DNA of 64,000 nt. It comes from Lama glama (lineage: Eukaryota). The position numbers and the translations under genes are program-made. The DNA lies in contig CM052851.1 of NCBI GenBank assembly GCA_028534125.1, positions 2,790,001-2,854,000 on the forward strand, given 5' to 3'. The notes beneath the pieces were generated by a model. That model worked only from the letters and a program-made list of their open reading frames with translations, was not told where the DNA came from and ran no database searches. Shown here in pieces: positions 12,476 to 24,706 of the stretch (the first letter of the stretch is position 1; the number at the start of each line of letters is the position of its first letter).

Positions 12476-14882
12476 GAATAACGGAGGAAGAGCGACAGTT
12501 TCTGGCCCCTCCAATGCTGAAGTTCACCAGAAGCCTGTCCATGCCGGACACCTCCGAGGACATCCCGCCCCCACCGCAGTCAGTGCCCCCCTCTCCGCCA
12601 CCACCCTCCCCCACCACCTACAACTGCCCAAAGTCCCCAACCCCAAGAGTCTACGGGACAATCAAGCCTGCGTTCACACAGAACTCCGCCACCAAGGTGT
12701 CCCCAGCGGCCCGCTCCGACACGGTGGCCGCCGTGGTGCGGGAGAAGGGGCTGCACTACCGGAGGGAGCTGGACCGCTACTCCCTGGACTCTGAGGACCT
12801 CTACAGCCGCAATGCCGCCGCCCAGGCCAACTTCCGCGGCAAGAGGGGCCAGATGCCCGAAAACCCGTACTCCGAGGTGGGGAAGATCGCCAGCAAAGCG
12901 GTCTACGTCCCCGCCAAGCCAGCCAGGCGGAAGGGCGTGCTGGTGAAGCAGTCCAACGTGGAGGACAGCCCCGAGAAGACCTGCTCCATCCCCATCCCCA
13001 CCATCATCGTCAAGGAGCCTTCCACCAGCAGCAGCGGCAAGAGCAGCCAGGGCAGCAGCATGGAGATCGACCCCCAGGCCTCCGAGCCGCCCGGCCAGCT
13101 GCGGCCCGACGACAGCCTGACCGTCAGCAGCCCCTTCGCTGCCGCCATCGCTGGGGCCGTCCGCGACCGGGAGAAGCGGCTGGAGGCCAGGAGGAACTCG
13201 CCCGCCTTCCTGTCCACAGACCTGGGGGACGAGGACGTGGGTCTGGGGCCGCCCGCCCCCCGGGCGCGGCCCTCCAAATTCCCCGAGGAGGGTGGGTTTG
13301 GTGAGGAGGATGGCACGGAGCAGCTGCCGTCACCCACGCCAGGGGCAGCGCCCAGGGAGCCCGAGAACCACTTTGCGGGCAGTGGCGAGGTCGGAGCTCA
13401 GGGTGAGGCCAGCAGGCCACTCAATTCTACATCCAAAGCCAAGGGGCCCGAGAGCAGCCCTGTGGTGCCCCCCAAGAGCAGCCCGGCGGCCGGCCCCGAG
13501 AATTACGTCCACCCGCTCACAGGGAGGCTGCTAGACCCCAGCTCCCCACTGGCCCTGGCGCTCTCTGCGAGGGACCGAGCCATGAAGGAGTCTCAGCAGG
13601 GTCCCAAGGGGGAGGCCCCCAAGGCCGACCTCAACAAACCTCTCTACATCGATACCAAAATGCGGCCCAGCACAGACACAGGCTTCCCTGCGGTCACCAG
13701 GCAGAACACGCGGGGGCCCCTGAGGCGGCAGGAGACAGAAAACAAGTATGAGAGCGAGCTGGGCCGGGAGCGGCGGGATGACAAGAAAAGCCTGCTCATC
13801 AGCGTCATGGACGCGGCCCAGCACAAGGCGGCCGGGCTGCTGATGGTCCACACTGTGGATGCAGCCCAGCCAGACGACTTCCTGGAGGAAGAGGACGAGA
13901 AAGCTGACGTGGAGACGAAGCCAGACAACTCGCCGCTCGAGGTGCCAGAAGGTGTTCCCGAAACCGAAGGTGCTTTACCAATCCCCGCTGGCCCCGAGCC
14001 CGCAGCCGCCGCAGCCGGCAGGACCATCGTGGCGGCGGGCTCCGTGGAGGAGGCGGTGATCCTGCCGTTCCGCATCCCTCCCCCACCTCTGGCATCCGTG
14101 GATCTGGATGAGGATTTTATTTTTACAGAGCCATTGCCTCCTCCCCTGGAATTTGCAAATAGTTTTGATATCCCCGATGACCGCGTTGCTTCTGTCCCTG
14201 CTCTCACAGATGCGGTCAAGCAGAAAAAAAACGATGCCTCCCAGCCCCCTTCGTTGAACTCCAGCCAGCCAACCAACTCTGCAGACAGCAAGAAGCCGGC
14301 CAGTCTTTCAAACTGTCTGCCCGCCTCATTCCTGCCACCCCCCGAAAGCTTTGACACCGTCACGGACTCTGGGATCGAGGAGGTGGACAGCCGGAGCAGC
14401 AGCGACCACCACCTCGAGACGACCAGCACCATCTCCACGGTGTCCAGCATTTCCACCCTGTCCTCTGAAGGCGGGGAGAACGTGGACACCTGTACAGTCT
14501 ATGCAGACGGGCAAGCATTTCTGGTTGACAAACCCCCAGTACCTCCTAAGCCAAAAATGAAGCCCATAATCCACAAAGGCAACGCACTTTATCATGACGC
14601 GCTGCTGGAGGAGGACGTGGACAGCTTCGTGATCCCCCCGCCAGCACCCCCGCCGCCGCCCGGCGGGGCCCAGCCCGGGGCCACCAAGCTTATCCAGCCA
14701 AGGACCTCCAGGCTGTGGGGGGACGTCTCGGAGGTCAAAAGCCCGATTCTCTCAGGCCCGAAGGCAAACGTGATTAGTGAGTTGAACTCAATCCTGCAGC
14801 AAATGAACCGAGAGAAATCGGCAAAGCCGGGGGAAGGACTGGACTCGCCGACGGGAGCCAAGCCAGCCAGCCTCACTCCAAG
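12476..14882 (+). CDS. SHANK2: SHANK2 large proline-rich exon, including Homer ligand LPPPLEF (14134-14154) and cortactin-SH3 ligand KPPVPPKP (14530-14553)
   Basis: TGTAG acceptor ending at 12475 gives GITEEERQFLAPPMLKF..., in frame with the 790-aa ORF; GTAAGT donor at 14883; 2407 nt, phase 1-2. Confidence 0.98.
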
Positions 14883-16109
14883 GTAAGTGCCGCGGGCGGC
14901 ATGCGCACCGCCCTAGGCCGGGCTCTCCTCGGTCTTGTCCAGCACTGGCCAGGAAGCGCCCTTGGGAGCACCCGAAGTGGACAGAGGGGAGACCCGGAGC
15001 CTCGCGCTGACCGCCCGTGTCATGCAATAACCTGTTCCTTTTCTCGCTCCCTGGACTCTGGCGTCTGGCCTGGCAGGACGTGGATCTCCCACGACGTGGC
15101 CACACGGGCCATCGCACCTTAGCTTCCAAAGAGGAGCCCTGCTCTCTCCTCCTGAGTCCTCCTGGTCTTTGCCAGGACCCCTCAAAGGCCATTCTGCGGC
15201 CTCGTAGAAGCCGAAACCCAGCCCCGCTCAGCAGCTGGGGGAGGTGGGGCAGTGTGTCATCACCTTTGCGGGCTGGCTTCCCCCTCCCCGCCGCCTCCGT
15301 CACTAACTGGTCCGGGGCTGGGGAGGGGCCGGGCTGCAGACCCACTAGGGAGCGCAGGGTGAAAAAGCCTCCCCCTGGAGCTCATCCCATCCATGCCACC
15401 ACCCACCACGTCAGCAGAGTGTAAGGCACTGCCCTGGAACCAGGGGTCGCACATGGGGGCTATTCCTAAACCCAGTCCGAGGGCTCTACTGAGGCCCTGG
15501 CCAGCTGCCAGGAGCCGGTGGATGAGCTGGCCACTGCTCACAGGTCTTGTCTTTCTTGGCCAGAGATACCTCTGGTCCCCAGAAGGCAACGCGCTTCCGT
15601 TTCTCCCACTGATGTTCGGTCTCAGGTTCGTCATTTCAACTAATGAAGTCAGTCTTCATACTCCTGCCAGTCAGGCATCTGATTCAAGCATCTGAGTCCA
15701 TTAATCAGCAATATCACACCACAGCTGGGTCCTGAGATGCAGGCTAAGAGCCACAATTTTCCCAGTTACCTTTCGGCTCAAGTGTAAATAGTTACGTGCG
15801 GCCCCCGCCACCTCTTGACAGGCCAGCCTCGCAGGCTGCCACCACCACGGTTACATTCAGAGAGTATTCGAGCTGAGGGGCCTTCTTGACAAAGTCCTCG
15901 TTTCCGGTGGCTGTTCGTACACAAATGCCTACAAATCTCCCACATACTCGGAAGTCTCAAAGACGACTTAAAAACCAGCTAGTTTTGCCCTTTCTCGTCA
16001 GGTAACAGTACGGGCCTTTAGTTGCCAGGTTACGTCAAAGCACGACAATCAACATGCCTCACTGCAGCGTGTTACACTGTACAAAACACTTGGACGTGGG
16101 TGAATAACA

Positions 16110-16225
16110 GCTGCTGGGGAGCAGGTATTACACCCGTTTTTCAGAAGGAGAAACGGAGACTCAGAGAGGCCAAGTGGCTCGTCCCTGTGCACAGCCAGGG
16201 GGAGGTGGAGCCAGGACTGGGCCAG
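16110..16225 (+). mobile_element. MIR core remnant
   Basis: 'cccgtttttcagaaggagaaacggagactcagagaggccaagtggctcg...cacagc'. Confidence 0.65.
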
Positions 16226-19200
16226 GCTTCCTGGCTGGCCCTTCCTCTCCTCAGCAGTGTCTGAAGCACAGAAGATGCAGGAGGGGGGTCATCCTAGGGC
16301 TGATCAGGCCAGCGGGGCAGCCTGCACAGCACCCGGCTCCCCAGGGCCTCTCTGAGCAGAGTCCGGATTGCTGGCCAGCCCTGCTCCTTCCCTGGCCAGG
16401 CGAGCCCCTTGGAGCTGCAGATGTCTCCAGGGCTTCCCTGTCCTGCGTGTCCCTGGGTGGGAGGGGCCTCAGAGCAGACGGCCCAGGCAGAATCCCACTG
16501 GGTTTGAGGGCAGCTGCAGGACCGCCTCTGTGCGACCCACGCTCAGGGCAGGAACAGCCCCTCCAGCCTGTTGTTTACAGCCCAGTCCACGTATGGTTGG
16601 TGCATCAGGTGACATCTGTTAGACTCTAAGCAAATGCTGGGCACCAGGCGGCGTGGGTACACCGAGGCAGGGCCTGAACCTGCTCCCACGGTGCCCCGAG
16701 CAAAGCGGAGGTCAGGGAGGTGGAGGGCTCAGCCTCAGTACCCGGCTGGGTGGCACAGAAGCCGCCCGCCAACCCCGGGAGCTCTCTAGGGCTTGGCTCC
16801 TCCCCTCTCTCTGGAGCCAGTGAGCAGCCTGGAAGGAATAGGCAGCTGCTTGACTTACTCGTCTGTAGGGCCGAGCTCCCCAAGGGCAGGGCTGTTCTCA
16901 GGCTTTCAGAACTCCCCTAAGCCCAGCTGAGGGCCCAGGGTCCTATCCACTGACTGATGATACACAGGAGCAGTTACCACCCGGGGGCAGAGCCCTGAGT
17001 GGACCTGAGCTGCGGCCACGAGGCACAGCCCCAGGGTGAGTGAGGGTGACAGCTCCTGGCAGAGGACCCGAAGGTGCCACCGAGCCCTGAGTACCGTGTC
17101 TGTCTCCTCTCAGATGCAGCCCTGGCACAGGCCTCTGCTTTGCTGGCTCGGGCCTTCACTGAGAGGCCCGGGTGCTTAGCCTTTCAGGGGCCAGACAAAG
17201 CCAGGATGCTCTCAGCCAGGGCACCCCTGCCAGGGTGTCTCATCGAGACTTTTAAGCACATCTGAAAATTAAGAGCTGTGAACGGCCCTGGGCAGAATGA
17301 GGCACGAGACTGGATGAGGGAGTTCCTCGTGAGGGGAAAGGAGCGAGTCTTCTAGGGAAAATTAAAACCAACTGTGCTCTTTGAGTTGGCAGACAAGGTG
17401 CAAAGGTCTCAATTCCGGAGAAACAAGTCTGACGGCGTGAGACACGGCCAGTCCCTCGGGCTGCCCCGCAGCCGCCTGCCCACTGCAAGGGCGGGCGCCT
17501 TGGGGGCCGGCCCCCTCTAAGGTGCTCTCACCCTCGGGCTCTTTCTTAACTCTGGGGGACTGGGCGCGGGGCAGGGGCAGGGCCAGGGCAGGAAGAGAGG
17601 ACCGAGCAACGAGGCCCCTCCTTGGGTGCGCTGGCTCTCACCTGGGTCGCAGACGAGTTCCTGCTGCTAGCGCAGGTTCCCCGAAATCAGGGGTGACCTG
17701 GGCTCTGGCAGTGTCCTGATTACAAGTATTTAGGCAAAGAGGAGAAGGTCAGTTCGTTCCTTTAGGACGCAGCAGTAGAGCATCTCCTCTGGCCTCAGCT
17801 GAGAACAGCCACTAAGCACAGCGCCGGCAGGCAGTTCTGGGGAAAGTGCTCCCTTGGCCTCGGGGCCTGGTTTTCCCAGGAAGTACCTCATCTTTGAAGA
17901 GTGTCCAACAAGATCAAAGCACAGTGTGGTTTCAGGGCTGGAGTGAGTCGGCTGGTTCTCCTACTCAGCACCACCCCAAAGCTGACCACGGGCCCCCATG
18001 CTCAGCACCGTGGGTCCCAGAGCCCTGCAGGCCCACCCTTCCATTCCCTGTGGAGCTCAGAGCTCAAGAGGATGATGGCAGGTGGTGGCGACCAGCTCAG
18101 CCTCACGTCTGAGCAGGCCCTCGGCACCACCCCCAGCCCCGCTCAGAGCCCCTTGGAGGCGCTGGGCACGAGGAGACCCCTCACTTTGGGCATGTGTCGT
18201 TTCCCTTAGAGCCACAGGGCCAGGGGCAGGCACCCCAGGTGCACAGCTGGGAAGCCAACTGGATGCTCAGCCCCAGGCCTCCTGAGTCCGCGGGTCAGGG
18301 AGGCTCTTCGTAGGAAGACGGTGCCAGGCCCAAGCGAGGACGGTAACAGAAGGGCTCACTGCTGAGGAGGCCTGGGCCTTTGGAAGCTGGGCAGTCGGTT
18401 TAGGTATTAACCATTCCCTTGACCGGTAGTTACCGATGGCGTCTTGGGTGCCAGGCCCCGTGCTGGGCCCAGGATGTACCATTGAACAAGAAAACAGTCA
18501 ACGTCTCTCCCCCCGTGAAACACTACACCTCAAGGAGGAAGGGGGAAGAAATAACAAGCAAGACAACCCCCAAATGCGCCAAGCACTGCACAGGGATGAG
18601 GATGTGCTGACACCAGTGGCTGTGGGCAGGAAGGAGACGACTGTTCTTAAGAAAGGGACAGCTAAGCGACCTGAAACCCAAACAGGAGCCAGCTGTGCAA
18701 AGCCCAGGACCAGGCACCCAGGCACGGGGGCCAGCAAGCACACAGCCCAAAGCCAGGAAGTACTCTCCGTGCGGAAGCAACTGGCCAGGCGGGGAGGGGG
18801 TGGGGAGCTGGTGGGCCAGGTCCCGCAGGGCCTTGCGTGCAGAGGGGAGAACTGGGTGGTGTCCGAGTGGCGGCAGCCACCGAGGGCTTAAACAAAGGCT
18901 TGGTGTAAACTGATTTTCGTTTGATGAAGCTGGCCCCGCAGCTACTGGGTCAGGCGGGTCCCAGGGACACCGGGAGCCTGTGCACAGACTGCTGAGGGGT
19001 CCGGGGGCCTCTGCTCTGCAGACAGCAGGTGGGTGTTGACTGACACACAGGCTTTGACCCAAAACAGAGGGGCCTGACCCACAGAACGCAGCATTGTTTT
19101 TTAAACCAAGATAATTCTGTTCTTTGTCAGCACTTCCACACAAGCAGTCAGTCTGGCTTTCCCCCTCGGGCTGCTGGGAGGCTCAAAAGCAGTGAACAGT

Positions 19201-22200
19201 TGCCTGGGGAGGGGGGCCTCCGGCTTCCACCCAGGGGGTGCGGCCTCGGCTCCATCCCCCAGAGTCCCTCCGGGTCCCCTCGCACTTTTCATTGGTCCAG
19301 AGGAATCCAAGACTGGCCTTCACCTCTCGGAGGCCCCAGTGGAGCCCCAGGTCCCCTGAGGGGCTTAGACCGCCTGTGGGGGAGCACGGGCCACTTCTTG
19401 GGGGTCACCCTCAAGCCCCCCCACAGCCATCGCACCCGGGGGCTCGCAGCACCTGCCGTCGCCGGCCGGTGCCTCCTCCCTGGCTCGCTGCAGCTTAGCC
19501 TGAGAGCCTCTTGGTTTTAAAATAAATTAATTCACGTTGTTAAAAAATTATCCCTGCCCAGACGACCCCAGAGCCTCCCAGACGTCAAACCCAACTAGAT
19601 AACAGAAGCGGCTTAATGGCGTGTGCGCACCCTCTGTGCGTCATGGAGGTTTTACCACTTCACGGCAGCAACTGACACGTTAAGGTGACGTCTGCGACTG
19701 AGGCTGTGGGTGAGGTGCGTGCGAGCGAGGGGTCCGTGTCTCTGCTCATACACGGTGTTTGAGGGGCTGTTCTCGTCCAGCTGCAGCATTTCATCCTCGA
19801 CATCAGAGCCGTTTTCAAGTCCGAGTCTTATATTCGTGCCATTCGGCCTTAGTGTACCGGGGGTGAATCCCTCCCCTTGAAGACTGGGTGCCTTCTTAGT
19901 CTGCTAAGACCTGACCTCCTGCAGGAAGCCTTTCCCGACAGAGGGACTACCGGCTCTGCTCCAACAGCTCGGCCGAGTCCTGGAACTTCCAATCTGGGAA
20001 ACGAGCTTCGTAATATGCATCCCCGTTCACGCCAACAGTCCCTGAGCCAACCCCTGCTGCGGGCCAGGCCTGGGGACCACGGACATATGGCTCTCGCAGT
20101 GCTCACGGCTGGGGCACTGCTGCTGCCCCCCGCGCCAGCGCTCGGGCCGCGGGCCACCTTCCCTGTCTCTTCACGGCCCCACCTGCGGCACCACCATTCA
20201 GACAGAACAACTCCACAGGAGGGCAGCTGGAGAAAGGCGCTATCTGATAGGTGACAGCCCCCAGCAGGTCAAGTGCAGAGGTCGCCGGGGCGTGTGCTGG
20301 AGGTTCAGAACCCCAGCGCCAGCGCCAGAGGCCAGGGGAACACGCCCCACTGTCACCACCAAGCAGCCCCCGTCCACAGTCAGTTATTGTTTGAGAGCCG
20401 AACTTGTCAACATGATGAAAAGCTACTCAAATACTGACTTCCCCCACCCCAGTGAACCTGTGCTGACTGACAAAAAACTGCATCTCAATGTGGCATTAAC
20501 TCTCCACTTTTATTTTAATGCTCATGTTTCCATGTGGATTTGCTTTAAAAGGCAGGAGAGAGAGAAATCCAAGAGAGGGCATGTGTGCACGTCTGTGCTC
20601 AGCCAGGGCCTCGGAACTCTGCGCACTCCAGCCGGGAACCCAGGGGTTGCTTAGCAACATAATGATCCCTGCAAGCAGGAGATCCAACGAGTAAGATGAG
20701 TGTGACAGAGTAAATCCAGCTACGGAGGGCAGGCCGGGCCAGCCCTGGCAGGCCTTCGCCCGCTGCTCAGACGCTCTGGTTATTTCCTCCAGAGCGGCCT
20801 TCAGCAGGGCCGCGGGCAGGCCCCGCACACACAGCCAGCTCTGACGCCCCCGTTGTTAGCTGCCCAGCTCTCGTCTTTCAGTGTAGACATGAAGCAAAGC
20901 ACACGTGTCGGCGGGCCGGCCTTCCCCCACCAGGAAGGCTGCTGCATCCTCTCTGCGCTGTGGCGACAGGGGACAGCTCAGGAGCCAGGCTGGGGTCTGA
21001 GCGAGGGGCCGTCCTTGGGGGCTCCCAGCAGAGGCCATTATTCCCATGTTGCTGTCTTCTCCTCCTTCACGTTCTCCTGGATCTTCTGTACACTCACATG
21101 ACCCCACGCCAAAGAAGGCAGGGCTGTGAACTTTCTGTTCCAGGCCGTGCTGAGGGCTGCCCACTCTGCCTGCGCCCCGGCCAGAAGGGCCCAGCAGGGA
21201 CAGGTCCTCAGCTGGAGCCTGTGCCACTGCTTCCACTTCATCCACCAAAAGGAGCTTCTTGTTTAATTTTAATTATGCTGCAGTATTGTCTCAACCCATT
21301 CGCTTTTGCCATTTTCACTTGCTCCCATGACGGGTGTCAGCAGAAGGGGGCCGTGCTGAACAGCAGTAAGTGCCACTGGAGGAAGCCTGTGGGCGGGTGT
21401 GCTCCTCTGCCCCTGCCCCCTGCCCGCTGGCGGGCAGGGAGCCTTCTCTTGCTTCTGACGAGTGCAGCTGCCTACAGAGCCTCCCTTTAAAAACAATCCC
21501 AATGGCCTGGGTACCACAGGGGTCCTACTTCCAAAGGGAGGGCGGTGCTGACCCGGCCCCCGGCTCAGAGACGCCCACTGTTGAACGCTGCCCAGGTTTA
21601 AAGCAGTTGCCATCACCTTGGGGGACCAACTCACCTCCAGTCACATAGCCCAACGAACAACAAGGTCACTTCCCCACTGCACTGCCAGGGAGGGTGGGCC
21701 TGGAGCTGGGGTCACAGGCACGGCACCACGCAAGGGCGCCTTGGAGAAAGCACATCTAAACTCCCACCCTGGGCACCACTCCCTTGAGCAGATGTGCCCC
21801 TGTAAGATGTTCACCCTCCTCCCAAAAGCCTTCTCTCTTCCCGGAACGTCCTAATGAACACCTCAGATCACTTCCTCGTGGCCTGACGCCACTATCTTAG
21901 CCTGCCTGTTGCATCAGGTGGCCTGACGGCGAGACTCCAGTGGGGGCAGGCACAGAGGGGGACAGGCAGCCCGAGGATGCTCACAGCATGCCCTGCAAGC
22001 TGTAGCCGCTGCCCAGGCTGGAACCAGAGTGATCTCCTGGGCCCACTGGAGCACCAGAGCTCGCGGGTTTCTCCTTGGAGACTCGCCGTGTCCACGGCCA
22101 AGCTCCCTCTCACGAGCCTGTCTAGGGTCCTGGGAGCAGAAGGGTGCCTCCCTCTCCCCTGTGTGTGAAGCCCTGGAGCCCAGGGAGACTCCTGTTTCTT

Positions 22201-24141
22201 GATTTTGAGTAATGAGCCTGGGAGTAGTGGAGGGTCGTCCTCAGAGTCTCACCTGGGCTGCCTTTACCTATTGGTGTGTCCAGCACACCAGTTCAACCAG
22301 TAACCAATGCCCCTGGAGGTTCTTGACAGGAGTCTCCTGCATGTAACATGTCCCGCCCGGCAACAACTGGCCCTCCAGGAAAGTGCATGTGAGCTCCCTG
22401 TGGGCGAGTGGGTGTCCCCGCCATGTGCACCCCCCTGTCCCACCCCCTGAAAGGCATCCCCTTAGGACGAGACCAAAGCCTGAGTCCAGCACGGGCCCCT
22501 CAGACCTGCTGCTGCTTCCTCACGTGGGAGGGTCCAGACTCGGAGCAGCAACTGCCGTCAAGTGGGGGAGCGTCACAAGGCTGAGGGGCCTCTCGGTACG
22601 CAACTGGTGCCTTTACCCAAATGCACGCCAGCGGCAGAGAGGACAAACAGCAGCAAAAGACCAGGCAGCCCAGTGTGTGGGTGGGCCGGGCCGGGCCCCA
22701 GCTCACTTCCCACAGTTGAGGAAGCCTCTCCCCTCTCCTGGACGCTCAGACCCCACAGCCATCCACCTCCCTGCCGGCCGTAACAGCAGCTGCTGCACAG
22801 CCCCCGTGCTCGCCAGGGCACGTCCACCTGGCTGTCTCGCCTCTTAGAAGGGAGAGGAGCCCCCCCCCTTACATATGGAGACTCCTAGGCTAGGGATGTG
22901 CCCACGCTGGTACCAGCAGGGCCTGGGCTCAGGCGGACACCCCAGGCCCAGACCCTGGGGGGGACCCATAATAGGACAGGTGCCTCCAGAATGGGGCAGG
23001 TGGTCTGCCTGTATTCACACAAACAAGCCCAGAAAGCAGGGGACACACACATACTCTGCCACCTCCTCGGTGGCTGTGGTTTCCCCGGGGCAGTGGGACA
23101 GACATGCCCTCAGTTTAGGGACAGCAGCAAAGAGCAAGAACCAGGCCCAAAGGAGTGGACGTCTTTCTCCAGATGTGGCTGGAAAGCCCGCTGTGGGCCT
23201 CGGCCACAACCAGGGGGGGCACTGTCAGTGGAAAGACCCTCTCCCAGTAGGTGAGCGAGAACCTCCCCTCCACCCCCAGTGCCGGGACCCGGGGCTGCAC
23301 TCACCTGGCCAGAGCAGGGAGGGCACCCCTGGGAGAAGGGAACTCCTTTCAGATTTCTGCTCTTTGGTGAGGACCACGTGCCCTATCAGTGAGCCTCGCA
23401 CGCTGCCTTCACATGGAGCGAATGAAAATTCGGAGGCGCACCCACTTCGTTCTCCAACAAGACAGCCCCTCAGTGCCACTGTGAGGCATGCCCTTCTGCT
23501 GGGCGGGACTCGTGCAGAAGCAACTCTGGCAAATGACCGCGGGTTCTCTGGCTTTGTGGACAATTTCTTCAAACCCCGAGCATCCCTGGGTAGCTGCGGG
23601 GTTTCCCACTTACTGACACAGGGCCAGCCGGTGAGCTGCCCTTCCCTGCACTCGTCCTCTTAAGCCAACAAGACAAAGGCCTGATGGCAGCTAAGAGGGA
23701 GGGTGTCTCCTCGGGTGCCCGTCCCTCGACTTGCTGAAACAGGCAAAGCTGTCCCTTCTCCCAGTGGTCCTGGTGATGTCACAGATACGCCCCCGCCCAG
23801 GAGCAAGACATAGTTTCGGCCATGTCTCCCTAGCATCCTTGCCCCCCTCACCATGTACCCGAGCGCGCGCACACACACGCGGTACAGGCGCGTTCCCTGA
23901 CCCTGCCGGGCTCAGGTGAGTGGCTGCCAGGTGTGATCTGGTGCCTCCCCAGAACTCTGCCTCCCGCTCCTCTCCTCCCGACCAGCCCTGGCATGGCAAA
24001 GCACCTGCTCACGGCCAGCACACTGGCCGTGAGCCGCTCTGCTGTGGTCTGGGTGTGCCCGCCCCTCCTTGGCCACCTGCATCCTGCTCGTCCGCTCAGT
24101 GGCCAGGCCTCTGATGGTTTTCTCTGTTGTTGCCGTTTCAG

Positions 24142-24706
24142 AGGCCCAGAGGTCACGGGCACCGTCTCAGGTACCCGGAGCACGACGGTCACCTTCACCG
24201 TCCGCCCCGGTACCTCCCAGCCCATCACCCTGCAGAGCCGGCCCCCGGACTACGAGAGCAGGACCTCAGGACCCAGACGTGCCCCAAGCCCAGTGGTCTC
24301 GCCCACAGAGCTGAACAAAGAGATCCTGCCCGCCCCACTGTCCGCGGCCGCAGCCTCTCCCAGCCTCTCCGAGGTCTTTGGCCTTCCCAGCCAGCCCGCT
24401 CCCGGGGACCTGTTTGGCCTAAACCCGGTGGGACGCAGCAGGTCGCCGTCTCCCTCCATCTTGCAACAGCCAGTCTCAAATAAGCCTTTTACAACTAAGC
24501 CTGTGCACCTGTGGACCAAACCAGACGTGGCCGACTGGCTGGAAAGTCTAAACTTGGGTGAACATAAAGAGGCCTTCATGGACAACGAGATTGACGGCAG
24601 CCACCTCCCAAACCTTCAGAAAGAAGACCTAATAGACCTGGGCGTGACACGCGTCGGCCACAGAATGAACATAGAAAGGGCTCTGAAGCAGCTGCTGGAC
24701 AGATAA
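24142..24706 (+). CDS. SHANK2: SHANK2 last coding exon with SAM domain (...WTKPDVADWLESLNLGEHKEAFMDNEIDGSHLPNLQKEDLIDLGVTRVGHRMNIERALKQLLDR*)
   Basis: TTTCAG acceptor ending at 24141; phase 2 matches the upstream donor; Shank SAM domain; TAA at 24704-24706. Confidence 0.98.

Noticed and set aside
13644-14489. 281-aa antisense ORF (also 12903..13337)
   Set aside because: Shadow of the high-GC3 SHANK2 coding frame
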